A stretch of 64,000 nt of DNA from an uncultured Bacteroidales bacterium. GTDB lineage: Bacteria; Bacteroidota; Bacteroidia; Bacteroidales; Paludibacteraceae. The stretch is from the NCBI GenBank assembly GCA_900317345.1, contig ONGK01000005.1:32099-96098 (forward strand), read 5' to 3'. The notes beneath the pieces were generated by a model that did no database searches, was not told the origin of the DNA, and was given only the letters and a program-made list of their open reading frames with translations. The stretch's first letter is position 1; each line of letters begins with the position of its first letter. Below are positions 1 through 9,573 of the stretch, piece after piece. The position numbers and the translations under genes were made by a program.

Positions 1-1702
1 TGAGAATATGCTTGCGCAGCAAGTGAATCATCGCCTCGTCGAAGTGATTAAGGTCCGAGAAGAAATAGTTGGGATTATCCACCAGTTCCCATTGGCGGCG
101 GGCATACTTGTAACTCCAGCCGTTTCCCTCACGCGGGAAGTCAATCCATTCCGGATGGCCGAACTCATTACCCATGAAATTGAGGTAACCGCCGTTGATG
201 GTGGAGGCGGTGATGAGGCGAATCATCTTATGCAGAGCAATACCGCGGTCCGCCATATAGGTCGAATGGCCGTGCTCGAAATGCCAATACATATCCGAGT
301 CCACGAGACGGAAGATGATGGTCTTGTCGCCCACCAGAGCCTGGTCGTGACTCTCGGCATAACTGATGGTCTTCTCGTCCTCACGGCGGTTCGTCATCTC
401 GAATAGGATATGGCCGGCTTTCCAGTCCTCGTCCTTCACTTCCTTAATATATTTAATCCAGAAATCAGGAATACCCATTGCCAGACGGTAGTCGAATCCT
501 ACGCCGCCGTCCTCTATCGGAGCTGCCAGTCCCGGCATACCGCTCATCTCTTCGGCAATCGTGATAGCATCGGGCTTGACCTCATGAATCACTTTGTTGG
601 CAAGCGTCAGATACATCAACGCATCGCCATCCTCATTGCCGCTGAAGTAACTCGGATAGCCGTTGAAATCTTCACCCAGACCGTGGCTGCGGTATATCAT
701 ACTGGTCACGCCATCGAAGCGATAGCCGTCAAAGTCATATTCATCCAACCAGAACTTGCAGTTCGACAGCAGGAAATGCAGCACTTCGTTCTTGCCGTAA
801 TTGAAGCAGAGGCTGTCCCATGCCGGGTGCTCGCGGCGGCCGCCATCGTGGAAATACTGATAAGGTGTACCGTCGAAATTACCGAGACCCTCAAGCTCGT
901 TCTTCACTGCATGGCTATGCACCAGGTCCATGATCACGTGCATCCCGCGTCCGTGGATATCGTCTATCAGCGCTTTCAACTCGTTCGGCGTACCGAAACG
1001 ACTGCTGGCTGCAAAGAAATTGGATACATGATAGCCGAACGAACCGTAATACGGGTGCTCCTGAATGGCCATGATTTGCACGCAGTTATATCCTAATTTG
1101 GCAATACGCGGCAGCACATCGCGGCGGAACTCCTCATAGCTGCTCACTTTCTCTTCCGATGAACTCATGCCGATATGGCACTCGTAGATATAGAGACCGC
1201 CTTTCTCTTTGAGTTTCTTGCCGCGGTTCTTCCATTGGTATTCGGGTTCGTCCCATACCTGAGCGGAGAAAATCTTCGTCTGCTCATCCTGCACCACGCG
1301 GCGTACGTAGCTGGGGATGCGCTCGCCCCATCCGCCGTTCCACTCCACCAACAGGCGGTAGTACTGCTCGTGCTTGATGGCGTCTTCCGGCAGTTTGGCT
1401 TCCCATACGCCGTTGCCTATCGGCTGCAGACGGTAGTTCTCATCCTTCTGCCAGCCGTTCATGTCGCCCTTGATATAGATGGCAGTGGCGTTCGGCGCCC
1501 ATTCGCGAAGCACCCATTCGCCCTTCATATGGTGCAGACCGAAATAGAGATATCCGGTAGCCCAATCTGACAGCGACTTGTCGCCCGCTAATTCTTTCGC
1601 TTTATAGGCAGCGTAGTCATACCGTCCCTGCAACGCGTTCTCATACGGCTGCAGATACGGGTCACGCTCAACGATTTTCAAATGTTTTTGTGTCTTTGTC
1701 AT
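1..1702 (-). CDS. glgB: 1,4-alpha-glucan branching enzyme (GH13), 3' end cut by window edge
   Basis: The minus-strand frame is open from the ATG at 1700-1702 to position 1. It is missing from the ORF track only because no stop lies in the window. Hand translation gives MTKTQKHLKIVERDPYLQPYE... with GH13 branching-enzyme blocks GGLYIYECHIGMSS, GRGMHVIMDLVHSH, DEYDFDGYRFDGVTSM and YAESHDQALVGDK. Plus-strand ORFs 8-1570 are antisense shadows. Confidence 0.85.
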   Translation of the reverse strand, partial: MTKTQKHLKIVERDPYLQPYENALQGRYDYAAYKAKELAGDKSLSDWATGYLYFGLHHMKGEWVLREWAPNATAIYIKGDMNGWQKDENYRLQPIGNGVWEAKLPEDAIKHEQYYRLLVEWNGGWGERIPSYVRRVVQDEQTKIFSAQVWDEPEYQWKNRGKKLKEKGGLYIYECHIGMSSSEEKVSSYEEFRRDVLPRIAKLGYNCVQIMAIQEHPYYGSFGYHVSNFFAASSRFGTPNELKALIDDIHGRGMHVIMDLVHSHAVKNELEGLGNFDGTPYQYFHDGGRREHPAWDSLCFNYGKNEVLHFLLSNCKFWLDEYDFDGYRFDGVTSMIYRSHGLGEDFNGYPSYFSGNEDGDALMYLTLANKVIHEVKPDAITIAEEMSGMPGLAAPIEDGGVGFDYRLAMGIPDFWIKYIKEVKDEDWKAGHILFEMTNRREDEKTISYAESHDQALVGDKTIIFRLVDSDMYWHFEHGHSTYMADRGIALHKMIRLITASTINGGYLNFMGNEFGHPEWIDFPREGNGWSYKYARRQWELVDNPNYFFSDLNHFDEAMIHLLRKHIL

Positions 1703-1716
1703 GGTGAATTATGTGT

Positions 1717-2172
1717 TTATTGGTTAACGCGTGCTTTAACAATTAACTTGCGGTACTCCTTGCCCGGAGCTATACCCGGTTGGTGAGCGTCAGACGGGAA
1801 GAACACAGCGAAATGGCCGGCAGGAACGGTAAACTTAGCGGTAGCCTTGTCGCCGTAGAACTCTACATCCTTGCCTTCGTCATACTCCTGCGTAATCTCC
1901 TGGCAGTCCACCTGAGCTTTCCAGCCCATCTCCTCGTCATCGCCCAGAGGTATCTGGATATCCAGATAATCGCGATGCGCCTCCATACGGCATTTGGACT
2001 CCTCTTTCCCCTTGAAATCAACGATGTTCACGAATAGGTCTTTGCCGTCCAGGAATATCTTGCAAGCAGGCAATTCCTCCAGGTCATTCTCGTTGTAAAA
2101 CTTCATGAATTCTTTCAATCCCGGTACGCTGTCATAGTACCAATCAGCATTTTCTAATTTATCAAGTATCAT
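1717..2172 (-). CDS. YhcH/YjgK/YiaL (DUF386) family protein
   Basis: From ORF 1717-2217. I moved the start to ATG 2172 (MILDKLENADWYY...) because a minus-strand TATCTTTG -7 box at 2195-2202 lies inside the longer ORF. Size and the C-terminal GHFAVFFPSDAHQPG block fit this family. Confidence 0.65.
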   Translation of the reverse strand: MILDKLENADWYYDSVPGLKEFMKFYNENDLEELPACKIFLDGKDLFVNIVDFKGKEESKCRMEAHRDYLDIQIPLGDDEEMGWKAQVDCQEITQEYDEGKDVEFYGDKATAKFTVPAGHFAVFFPSDAHQPGIAPGKEYRKLIVKARVNQ

Positions 2173-2194
2173 AATAATAAAAGATTTTAGCGTG

Positions 2195-2202
2195 CAAAGA
2201 TA
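2195..2202 (-). promoter_or_regulatory. Bacteroidetes-type -7 box (TATCTTTG) for the yhcH-like/glgB unit
   Basis: The reverse complement of caaagata matches TAnnTTTG. An A/T-rich stretch lies upstream and the ATG at 2172 lies about 20 nt downstream. Confidence 0.6.
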
Positions 2203-2275
2203 ATATATTTTCCGCATATACGCAAGTTTTTTTCAAAAAAATGCAGAAAAATTTGGTCAATTCAAAAAAAAGCAG

Positions 2276-2283
2276 TACCTTTG
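2276..2283 (+). promoter_or_regulatory. -7 box (TACCTTTG) upstream of tRNA-Glu and rpsT
   Basis: The context aaaaaaaagcagTACCTTTGcacgc is the typical A-rich stretch followed by TAnnTTTG. It is divergent from the 2195-2202 box. Confidence 0.6.
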
Positions 2284-2431
2284 CACGCTTTTTCGTCAGA
2301 AAGCGCCCTGCGTATAGTTTCCCTCGGGATGCAAACCAGCGGAGCGTTTGCAGACCGAAGAGCGAGAACACGGCGAAAATTCATATGAGCAACGCAGTTG
2401 CGAATCGTATTGAGCCGTAGTTCGCGCGAGA

Positions 2432-2506
2432 GGTGCCATCGTATAACGGTTAGTACTCAAGATTTTCATTCTTGCAATAGGGGTTCGATTCCCCTTGGCA
2501 CTACCA
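2432..2506 (+). tRNA. tRNA-Glu (anticodon UUC), CCA encoded
   Basis: Cloverleaf folded by hand. Acceptor GGTGCCA/TGGCACT (G1-U72 wobble), D stem GTAT/GTAC with loop AACGGTTA, anticodon stem CAAGA/TCTTG with loop TTTTCAT (anticodon TTC), variable CAAT, T arm AGGGG-TTCGATT-CCCCT, discriminator A, then CCA. Total 75 nt. Confidence 0.9.
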
Positions 2507-2621
2507 AGACCTTCCCTAAAGTCAAGTCCAATGGCTAATCCTCTCAAGGCCAACGGATAGTAACGAAACCGCTTAGGCTGACGGCTAACGCCAAAGCCAA
2601 AGCACAAAACAAACAAACAAG

Positions 2622-2876
2622 ATGGCAAATCACAAATCATCTTTGAAGCGTATACGCCAAACGGCTGCGCGCAAAGCACACAATCATTACTACGCTAAAA
2701 CCGCACGTAACGCTGTGCGCGACCTGCGCAAGACTACCGACAAAGCTGCAGCTGCTGCTGCACTGCCGAAGGTTAGCTCTATGCTCGACAAACTGGCTAA
2801 GCGTCATATCATTCATGTGAACAAGGCGTCCAACCTCAAATCGAAATTGGCTCGCTTTGTCAACAAGATGGCGTAA
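2622..2876 (+). CDS. rpsT: 30S ribosomal protein S20
   Basis: 84-aa basic protein [37 protein letters not shown]..., matching the S20 N-terminal signature. Confidence 0.93.
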   Translation: MANHKSSLKRIRQTAARKAHNHYYAKTARNAVRDLRKTTDKAAAAAALPKVSSMLDKLAKRHIIHVNKASNLKSKLARFVNKMA

Positions 2877-2911
2877 GACAGAAGGGCGTATATACGCACT
2901 TAAGGTCAACG

Positions 2912-2941
2912 GAAGAATCACAAAAGTGGTTCTTCTTTTTT
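2912..2941 (+). terminator. Rho-independent terminator after rpsT
   Basis: 10-bp stem GAAGAATCAC/GTGGTTCTTC (one G-U pair), loop AAAA, followed by TTTTTT. Confidence 0.8.
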
Positions 2942-2973
2942 GCGATATGTTACGAATATGTTCTATTTTACCT

Positions 2974-3017
2974 TCGGACTCATCTCGTACTCATCTCGGA
3001 CTCAACCCGTACTCGAC
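2974..3017 (+). repeat. Four tandem 11-bp units (TCGkACTCAwC)
   Basis: tcggactcatc / tcgtactcatc / tcggactcaac / ccgtactcgac, head to tail, about 115-160 bp upstream of the AraC-gene -7 box. Confidence 0.8.
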
Positions 3018-3130
3018 ACCTATGCAATAATGTTCAATTTTTCACAAAGGAACTGCTAAAGTTTAGGATGACAATTATAAAGAATACACACAAAATCTCC
3101 TTTTTTCTTGCATATATCAAAAAAAAGCAG

Positions 3131-3138
3131 TATATTTG
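3131..3138 (+). promoter_or_regulatory. -7 box (TATATTTG) for the AraC-family gene
   Basis: The context cttgcatatatcaaaaaaaagcagTATATTTGcacc shows the standard Bacteroides promoter layout. Confidence 0.6.
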
Positions 3139-3186
3139 CACCGAATTTTGATACGATTGTTAAGAATTGCATAAAAATGTACTCAA

Positions 3187-4032
3187 ATGAAAGAGAATAA
3201 CATCCCTATTGTGGACTGTCCTCATGGCGATTACATGATTGGTGATGCCAGTGGCAAACTGATGAACGAATATGGTCGCTATCCATGTAAAATCAAGTGC
3301 GGTGTGTACGCGCTCCTCGTTCGCGGAACGGCGCACGCGACCATTAATGTGACCGAGTATGACTTCAAAGCCAATGATATACTTCTCCTCGAGCCGGGCA
3401 GTTTTCTGCTCATCCGTGAGTTCTCGGAAGACGCACTCGTCTATTGGATTGTGTTTGGCAGTAAGTTCCTCGAGAAATATACGGTGAACAACAAGATGTC
3501 GCTTTCGGCCTTGCAACTGCATTCGCCCAAAATCAGCGTCAGCGAGAACCATGCACAGGTGCTCTGCTCGATGTACGGCACCGTCATTGCGGCACTCAAT
3601 GCCCAGCCTACGATGTTGGATACGGAGAAAATGGTGCATATCTTCAACCTCCTCCAGACCAGCTATGCCAAGTATGCCCACGAGCAGGACGAATATCTGG
3701 TGAAGCCGCTCGACCGCAAAACGGAGATATATCAGGACTATTGCCAATTGGTGCTGAAGCATTACCACGAGTGGCATCATGTGAGCCAGTATGCCGAGGC
3801 GATGCGTCTGACGCTCCCGCACTTGTGCTCGACCATCAAATCCGTGGGCGAACGGACGGCTGGAGACATCATCATCGAAGCCATCATCACGGACGCCAAG
3901 TCCCAACTGAAAATCACAAACCTTCAGGTCAAAGAGATTGCACTCAGTCTCGGATTTGACAATGTGGCTTTCTTCAACCGTTTCTTCAAGAGCCATGTCG
4001 GCATGACGCCCAAAGCGTACCGAAATGCATAA
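3187..4032 (+). CDS. AraC family transcriptional regulator
   Basis: 281 aa. The C-terminal HTH_AraC block is ...VSQYAEAMRLTLPHLCSTIKSVGERTAGDIIIEAIITDAKSQLKITNLQVKEIALSLGFDNVAFFNRFFKSHVGMTPKAYR. Confidence 0.85.
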   Translation: MKENNIPIVDCPHGDYMIGDASGKLMNEYGRYPCKIKCGVYALLVRGTAHATINVTEYDFKANDILLLEPGSFLLIREFSEDALVYWIVFGSKFLEKYTVNNKMSLSALQLHSPKISVSENHAQVLCSMYGTVIAALNAQPTMLDTEKMVHIFNLLQTSYAKYAHEQDEYLVKPLDRKTEIYQDYCQLVLKHYHEWHHVSQYAEAMRLTLPHLCSTIKSVGERTAGDIIIEAIITDAKSQLKITNLQVKEIALSLGFDNVAFFNRFFKSHVGMTPKAYRNA

Positions 4033-4058
4033 CGGAAACTAATACAAATGAAAAAATA

Positions 4059-4934
4059 ATGAAAGGAATCATTTTAGCGGGTGGCAGCGCAACACGTCTC
4101 TACCCATTGAGCAAAGCGATTAGCAAACAAATCATGCCGGTGTATGACAAGCCCATGATTTATTATCCTCTTAGTACCCTCATGCTGGCGGGCATCCGTG
4201 AAGTGCTGGTTATCAGTACGCCGCGTGACCTGCCGATGTTTGAAGAGTTGCTGGGCGACGGCAGCCGCATTGGCATGAAACTGCATTATAAAGTGCAAGA
4301 GGTGCCGAACGGTTTGGCGCAAGCGTTTGTGCTGGGCCGTGAGTTCCTCAATGGTGAACCCGGATGTCTTATCTTGGGCGATAACATGTTCTACGGCCAG
4401 CATTTCGGCCATATGCTCAAGGAGGCGGTGGCTTCCGCGCAATCCGGAGGTGCATGCATCTTCGGCTACGAAGTGGCGGACCCGCGTGCTTACGGAGTGG
4501 TGGAATTTGACGAAGAAGGCAAGGTGCTCAGCCTGGAAGAGAAACCGGCGAACCCCAAGAGCAATTATGCCGTGCCGGGACTGTATTTCTACGATGCCAC
4601 CGTGTGCGAGAAAGCAGCGAACCTCAAACCCAGCGCGCGTGGAGAATATGAGATCACCGACCTCAACAAGCTTTACCTGTCTGAAGGAACGCTCAAGGTG
4701 AAACTCTTCAGCCGTGGCTTTGCATGGCTCGACACCGGTAATTGCGACAGTCTGCTCGAGGCCGGTAACTTCATCGCCACTATTCAGAACAGGCAGGGAT
4801 TTTACGTCAGCTGTATAGAAGAGATTGCTTGGCGCAACGGATGGATTAGCACCGAACAGCTTGCTGCACTCGGAAAAGAAATGAAAACAGCATACGGACG
4901 CTATCTGGAACGGGTAGCCGAAAAGGGATTCTGA
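4059..4934 (+). CDS. rfbA: glucose-1-phosphate thymidylyltransferase
   Basis: MKGIILAGGSATRLYPLSKAISKQIMPVYDKPMIYYPLSTLMLAGIREVLVIS... is the canonical RmlA N-terminus, and the 291-aa length fits. Confidence 0.92.
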   Translation: MKGIILAGGSATRLYPLSKAISKQIMPVYDKPMIYYPLSTLMLAGIREVLVISTPRDLPMFEELLGDGSRIGMKLHYKVQEVPNGLAQAFVLGREFLNGEPGCLILGDNMFYGQHFGHMLKEAVASAQSGGACIFGYEVADPRAYGVVEFDEEGKVLSLEEKPANPKSNYAVPGLYFYDATVCEKAANLKPSARGEYEITDLNKLYLSEGTLKVKLFSRGFAWLDTGNCDSLLEAGNFIATIQNRQGFYVSCIEEIAWRNGWISTEQLAALGKEMKTAYGRYLERVAEKGF

Positions 4935-4935
4935 T

Positions 4936-7900
4936 ATGAGACGATTCTTCCTCTTTTTCTGTTTGCTTGCGCTCGGTCTTTCTGCTGCCGCGCATGAGCA
5001 CTACGTCATCCAACACTATTCCATTAAGGATGGCATGAGCCAGAATACCGTGATGGCCATTCTGCAGGACCGGAAAGGCTTTATATGGCTCGGCACATGG
5101 GATGGTCTCAACCGTTTCGATGGCTATGAGTTCCGTGTCTATAAGGCCATGAATAATGGCGTAGCGGCACATGTGAACAACCGCGTGGAGATGATTTACG
5201 AAGATGAGGAAGAACGCATATGGTGGAGCACGTACGACGGGCATTACTACCTGTTGGATGCGGACCGCGAAGTGACGAAGGAGCAGCCCTATGACAGTCT
5301 GCCCGAAGGCATGCTCGCCAAGATGGCAGACGCTGACAAGAATACCAAAGTGGACTCACGCGGCGTCATCTGGCAGACGGACGACAAACCGGGTATCCTG
5401 CGTTACCGCTTCGGCCAATGGAAGCGCTTCACACCGCCTCTGGACACACGCTATGCCGGACAGCTGAGGCAGCATTTCTTCCTGCTGGAAGATAACATGG
5501 GCCGCACATGGGTCAATCCCACAGGCGGAGGATGGAGCTATTACGACTACGATAAAGACGAACTGGTTTTCCCAATCGAGGGTGTGACCAATATGATTCA
5601 CACGGCGTACATAGACCGCGACGGACTGATGTGGATTGCCACATACGACGGCGGAGTGGACTGTGTGAATATGGAGCAGACGCCTTACCAGCTCCACGAC
5701 CTGCGCCACTCGGCAAAGGACAATGGAGAAGTGCGGGCATTCGCCCATACAACCAAAGGAGAGGTGCTGACGCTGGTTAAATCTGAGACCGGCGTGTATT
5801 GTGCGCTGGAGACTTCCCACGGTTTGCTCTATGGTACGAAAGGCAAAGGGCTGAAAAACATGTCCAACGGTACCACTATTGCCACCTCTCATCCTGACAT
5901 CTACGACATCGAGGAAGGCGCTGACGGCACGCTGTATGTGGCTACGTACGGCGGCGGTGTGAACATCATCCGCTGGAATGGTCATGGATGGGATAAGCCG
6001 AGAGTGGTAGGACCGGGAATGAAAGTGCGTGACATCGAGATAGTGGACAATACACTCTGGTGCGGCACCACAACCGGTATCCTGCGCATCAATCTGGATA
6101 ATGAGGAAAGTACCCTTTTGCCCAGTTATGATATACGTGCGTTGTACTACAGCCATGATCGTCTATGGTTTGGCTCGTTCGGAGGTGGACTGCTCACGCT
6201 GGACCCGAAAGACCCTAAGGAGGAAATCACACATGTGGAGACCTTCCATGACATCATCCTCAGCATGACGGGTGACGGCAAGAACCTGTGGTTCAGTTCG
6301 GAGAGCGATATCGCGCAACTTGACCTGGAGACGGGCGACCTGTATTACTATGACGCTCTGGATGGCGAGAATAACACGTTCTTTACGGAAGCTGAGGCGT
6401 TGCGCACTCCGGACGGAACTATTCTGTTCGGTTATTCCAATGGTTACTGTTCATTTGACCCTTCGCTCATTCATCGCTCCACATCGATACCTCCGATGCG
6501 TATCACCGGCATCGAGGTGCAGGACCAACATTTGAGTGGCGACACGATAACCATCGACAATGGCAGCAACATCACCATAGAGTATGCTGCTATGGACTAT
6601 GTAGGCATCAACAAAATATACTATTACTACAAGCTGGACGGGGTGGACAAGAGTTGGAACGGGCCGACGGACATGCGGCGTGTGACATATAGCAATCTCC
6701 GTCACGGCAAATACGCATTCCATGTGCGCTCCACCAACCGCGAAGGAGCAGACGTGGAGAATGAGATAACGCTGGCCGTATTCGTGGAGAAACCACTCTG
6801 GTTGGCATGGTGGATGCTGTTGCTCTATGGAGCGGGTATAGCCTTATTTATCGGTCTGACCATCTACGCCATCTCTATCTATAACGGCTTACGCCAGCGC
6901 GTAGAGGTGGAGCAGCAGGTGACGGATATCAAACTGCGCTTCTTCACCAATATCAGCCATGAGTTGCGTACGCCGCTCACACTCATCATCGGACCGATAG
7001 AGAATATCTTGCAGACGGAGCGTATCAGCCAAAACGTACGCAGCCAGTTGGAGATTGTGCAAAGCAACAGCCAGCGCATGCTCCGTATGGTTAATCAGCT
7101 GCTCGAATTCAGAAAGATTCAAAATCAGAAGATGAAGCTGAAGGTGCAGCCGACCTTGCTTAGTGAGTTAGTGGAGGATACAAGCGCCAATTTCAAGAAA
7201 GAGGCGTACGAGAAACATATCCAATTCGAGATTATCAACAAGGCCGAAGACTCGACTGTATGGGTGGACCGCGGACGTATGGATACCATCCTATGGAACC
7301 TGCTGAGCAACGCATTCAAATTCACGCCGGCCGGCAAGGCCATCCGCGTCATCGTGGCGGACAAACCGGGATTTGTAACCCTGTCGGTACAGGATGAGGG
7401 AGTGGGAATCGCACCGGAGAAACGAAGTGTCTTGTTTGAGCGTTTCTCATCGAACAATGAACTCAATAACTCCGGCACCACCGGCACGGGCATCGGCATG
7501 AACTTGACGAAAGAGCTGGTGGATCTGCACCACGGTTACATCGACGTGGAGAGCGAGGTGGGCAAAGGAACCACCATCACGGTGCTCCTGCATACAGGCA
7601 AGGATCATTTCGGCGATGAGGTGGAGTTCCTGACTGGAGAAGCAGCGAATGTGCCGACGGAGATAACCCCGACATTTGAAGACAAGATAGACCAACTAGA
7701 GCAAGAGCAACAGGAGTCCAAACGGACCATCTTGGTGGTGGACGACAGTCAGGATATGCGCAATTTCCTGGCAAACATCATGAGCAAAGACTATCATGTG
7801 GAGACGGCTGTGGACGGAGAGGATGCCGAGCGAATCATACGCACGAGGCCCATTGACTTGGTGGTTACCGACCTGATGATGCCGAATGTGGACGGACTGG

Positions 7901-8493
7901 AGCTAACGCAATTCATAAAGAAGAGTCCTGACTACAATTTCATCCCCGTTATCCTGCTAACCGCCAAGACGGCCATTGAGAGCCGTTTGCAGGCACTCGA
8001 ATACGGAGCGGACGATTATGTGACAAAGCCCTTTGAACCGGAGTACCTGCGCGCACGCGTCCATAATATACTTGTTCAGCGCAGCCAGTTGGAGCTGAAC
8101 TACCGACAGAGGCTGCTTCGCCTGGAGTCACAGAATCCGGATGAACCGATACCGGGTGACGCATTCCTGGCAAAACTGCTGGCCGTTATGGAAAAGCAGA
8201 TGGACAACAATACCCTGACCGTAGATGAACTGGTGGACGAGATGGGAATGGGTCGGACGGTCTTCTTCAACAAACTGAAGAGTATGACAGGCCTCAGTCC
8301 TGTGGAGTTCATCCGTGAGATACGTATCAAACGGGCTGCACAGCTGTTGGAGGAACGTAAATATAACATTACCGAAGTGACCTATATGGTGGGCATGAAC
8401 GACTCGCGCTACTTCGCGAAGTGCTTCAAAAATACATATGGCGTCACGCCGAGTGAATACAGAAAGACATGTCTGGAAAAACTTGGCTCATAG
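4936..8493 (+). CDS. hybrid two-component system sensor kinase / response regulator with AraC HTH (HTCS)
   Basis: 1185 aa. Signal peptide, periplasmic propeller-type repeats (FIWLGTWDGLNRFDG, LMWIATYDGG, LYVATYGGG), a TM segment, H-box FFTNISHELRTPLTLI, ATPase G-box GTGIGMNLTKELV, receiver ILVVDDSQDM...DLMMPNVDG, and a C-terminal AraC HTH. Confidence 0.9.
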   Translation: MRRFFLFFCLLALGLSAAAHEHYVIQHYSIKDGMSQNTVMAILQDRKGFIWLGTWDGLNRFDGYEFRVYKAMNNGVAAHVNNRVEMIYEDEEERIWWSTYDGHYYLLDADREVTKEQPYDSLPEGMLAKMADADKNTKVDSRGVIWQTDDKPGILRYRFGQWKRFTPPLDTRYAGQLRQHFFLLEDNMGRTWVNPTGGGWSYYDYDKDELVFPIEGVTNMIHTAYIDRDGLMWIATYDGGVDCVNMEQTPYQLHDLRHSAKDNGEVRAFAHTTKGEVLTLVKSETGVYCALETSHGLLYGTKGKGLKNMSNGTTIATSHPDIYDIEEGADGTLYVATYGGGVNIIRWNGHGWDKPRVVGPGMKVRDIEIVDNTLWCGTTTGILRINLDNEESTLLPSYDIRALYYSHDRLWFGSFGGGLLTLDPKDPKEEITHVETFHDIILSMTGDGKNLWFSSESDIAQLDLETGDLYYYDALDGENNTFFTEAEALRTPDGTILFGYSNGYCSFDPSLIHRSTSIPPMRITGIEVQDQHLSGDTITIDNGSNITIEYAAMDYVGINKIYYYYKLDGVDKSWNGPTDMRRVTYSNLRHGKYAFHVRSTNREGADVENEITLAVFVEKPLWLAWWMLLLYGAGIALFIGLTIYAISIYNGLRQRVEVEQQVTDIKLRFFTNISHELRTPLTLIIGPIENILQTERISQNVRSQLEIVQSNSQRMLRMVNQLLEFRKIQNQKMKLKVQPTLLSELVEDTSANFKKEAYEKHIQFEIINKAEDSTVWVDRGRMDTILWNLLSNAFKFTPAGKAIRVIVADKPGFVTLSVQDEGVGIAPEKRSVLFERFSSNNELNNSGTTGTGIGMNLTKELVDLHHGYIDVESEVGKGTTITVLLHTGKDHFGDEVEFLTGEAANVPTEITPTFEDKIDQLEQEQQESKRTILVVDDSQDMRNFLANIMSKDYHVETAVDGEDAERIIRTRPIDLVVTDLMMPNVDGLELTQFIKKSPDYNFIPVILLTAKTAIESRLQALEYGADDYVTKPFEPEYLRARVHNILVQRSQLELNYRQRLLRLESQNPDEPIPGDAFLAKLLAVMEKQMDNNTLTVDELVDEMGMGRTVFFNKLKSMTGLSPVEFIREIRIKRAAQLLEERKYNITEVTYMVGMNDSRYFAKCFKNTYGVTPSEYRKTCLEKLGS

Positions 8494-8990
8494 TAATTGC
8501 TGGTCTCCTTATTGCCGGTTGTTCCCGTCAGGCACCGCAACGACCGAGCCAGCGCATGGGAGAGGCTCCGCAAGTGGATAGTGTACAATTGGCTCTGCTG
8601 GAACTGAACAGGCAAATGACGGTGGCGGCAGATCAGCAACTGGCACAATTGGCGCAAGCGCAGGACGAGCCGTATGCTCTCTACGAGGGAAATGTATGGA
8701 TGACGATTCTCGATAGAGGCAACGAAGAGGAAGGCACGCCTGCGCCGAATGAAGAATGGCGGGTTGCCATGCGTATATATGACCTGAACGGCAGACTGCT
8801 CATCGATAGCGACGGTTCGTACCGGCTTGGGAAACAGGAACTGCCACTTGGTGTGGAAGCGAATATAGATGAACTGCACCGGGGAGGAAAAGCGCGAATG
8901 TTCGTACCATGGTACACCGCCTATGGAGTGACCGGAACGGACGCCATTCCGCCTTATGAAAACGTAATTATAGAAATAGAATTGAAATAA
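8469..8990 (+). CDS. lipoprotein with FKBP-type peptidyl-prolyl isomerase-like domain
   Basis: Lipobox LLIAGC. The C-terminal ...GGKARMFVPWYTAYGVTGTDAIPPYENVIIEIELK resembles the FKBP fold ending. The gene overlaps the HTCS stop by 25 nt. Confidence 0.5.
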   Translation: MSGKTWLIVIAGLLIAGCSRQAPQRPSQRMGEAPQVDSVQLALLELNRQMTVAADQQLAQLAQAQDEPYALYEGNVWMTILDRGNEEEGTPAPNEEWRVAMRIYDLNGRLLIDSDGSYRLGKQELPLGVEANIDELHRGGKARMFVPWYTAYGVTGTDAIPPYENVIIEIELK

Positions 8991-8993
8991 AAA

Positions 8994-9572
8994 ATGAAGA
9001 GAATTGTCTTTTTTCTGTTTGCCGGCATCAGCCTTGTTCTGGCTGGTTGTAGTCAGAATACCTACTCGCGTCTTCGCGACCAGGAAGACCGATTGATTGC
9101 GAACTATATCAGCCGCAATGAACTGGTCATCCTTTCCGAGGAACCTGATGAGAACCATGTGTGGGGCGAGAAAGAGTATTACAAAGTGCGGAGATATGAC
9201 AACTTCTATTTTCATCTCATCGAGCGTGGAGATTCCATTCGTGTGGACTCTATCAGTCCTACAGAGACGGACACGGTGAACCAGAAAATAGTGTCGAACG
9301 ATGTAATCGTAGTTCGCTATAAGAAATTTGGATTGACGGAGATAGCGGATACAATGAGCTATTGGACCACACTTGACGAAGCCTACCCGATGGAGTTTCA
9401 TCAAGGAAATACCAGCGATTGCGAGTGTGTGGCTTGGCATGCAGCGGTCCAGTTGATGAAATACCCGAATTCGCAATGCGAGATTATAGTACCCAGCAAG
9501 TTGGGCTTCGCCGATGATCAGACGACGGTAACGCCGTATGTATATATTATGAAAATCAAAGTAAAGCATTAA
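8994..9572 (+). CDS. lipoprotein of unknown function (possibly FKBP-like/DUF4827-like)
   Basis: Signal peptide plus lipobox (VLAGC). No recognisable catalytic motif. Tightly packed between the neighbouring genes. Confidence 0.4.
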   Translation: MKRIVFFLFAGISLVLAGCSQNTYSRLRDQEDRLIANYISRNELVILSEEPDENHVWGEKEYYKVRRYDNFYFHLIERGDSIRVDSISPTETDTVNQKIVSNDVIVVRYKKFGLTEIADTMSYWTTLDEAYPMEFHQGNTSDCECVAWHAAVQLMKYPNSQCEIIVPSKLGFADDQTTVTPYVYIMKIKVKH

Positions 9573-9573
9573 T

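Noticed and set aside
8-1570. Three plus-strand ORFs (132, 228 and 131 aa) at the left edge.
   Set aside because: They are antisense shadows of the minus-strand glgB frame, which shows clear GH13 motifs. Their translations are low-complexity and rich in H, V and A, with no recognisable family.
2284-2431. A separate ncRNA gene between the promoter and tRNA-Glu.
   Set aside because: I could not recognise any known RNA family or convincing structure by eye. It is reported only as an unexplained leader.
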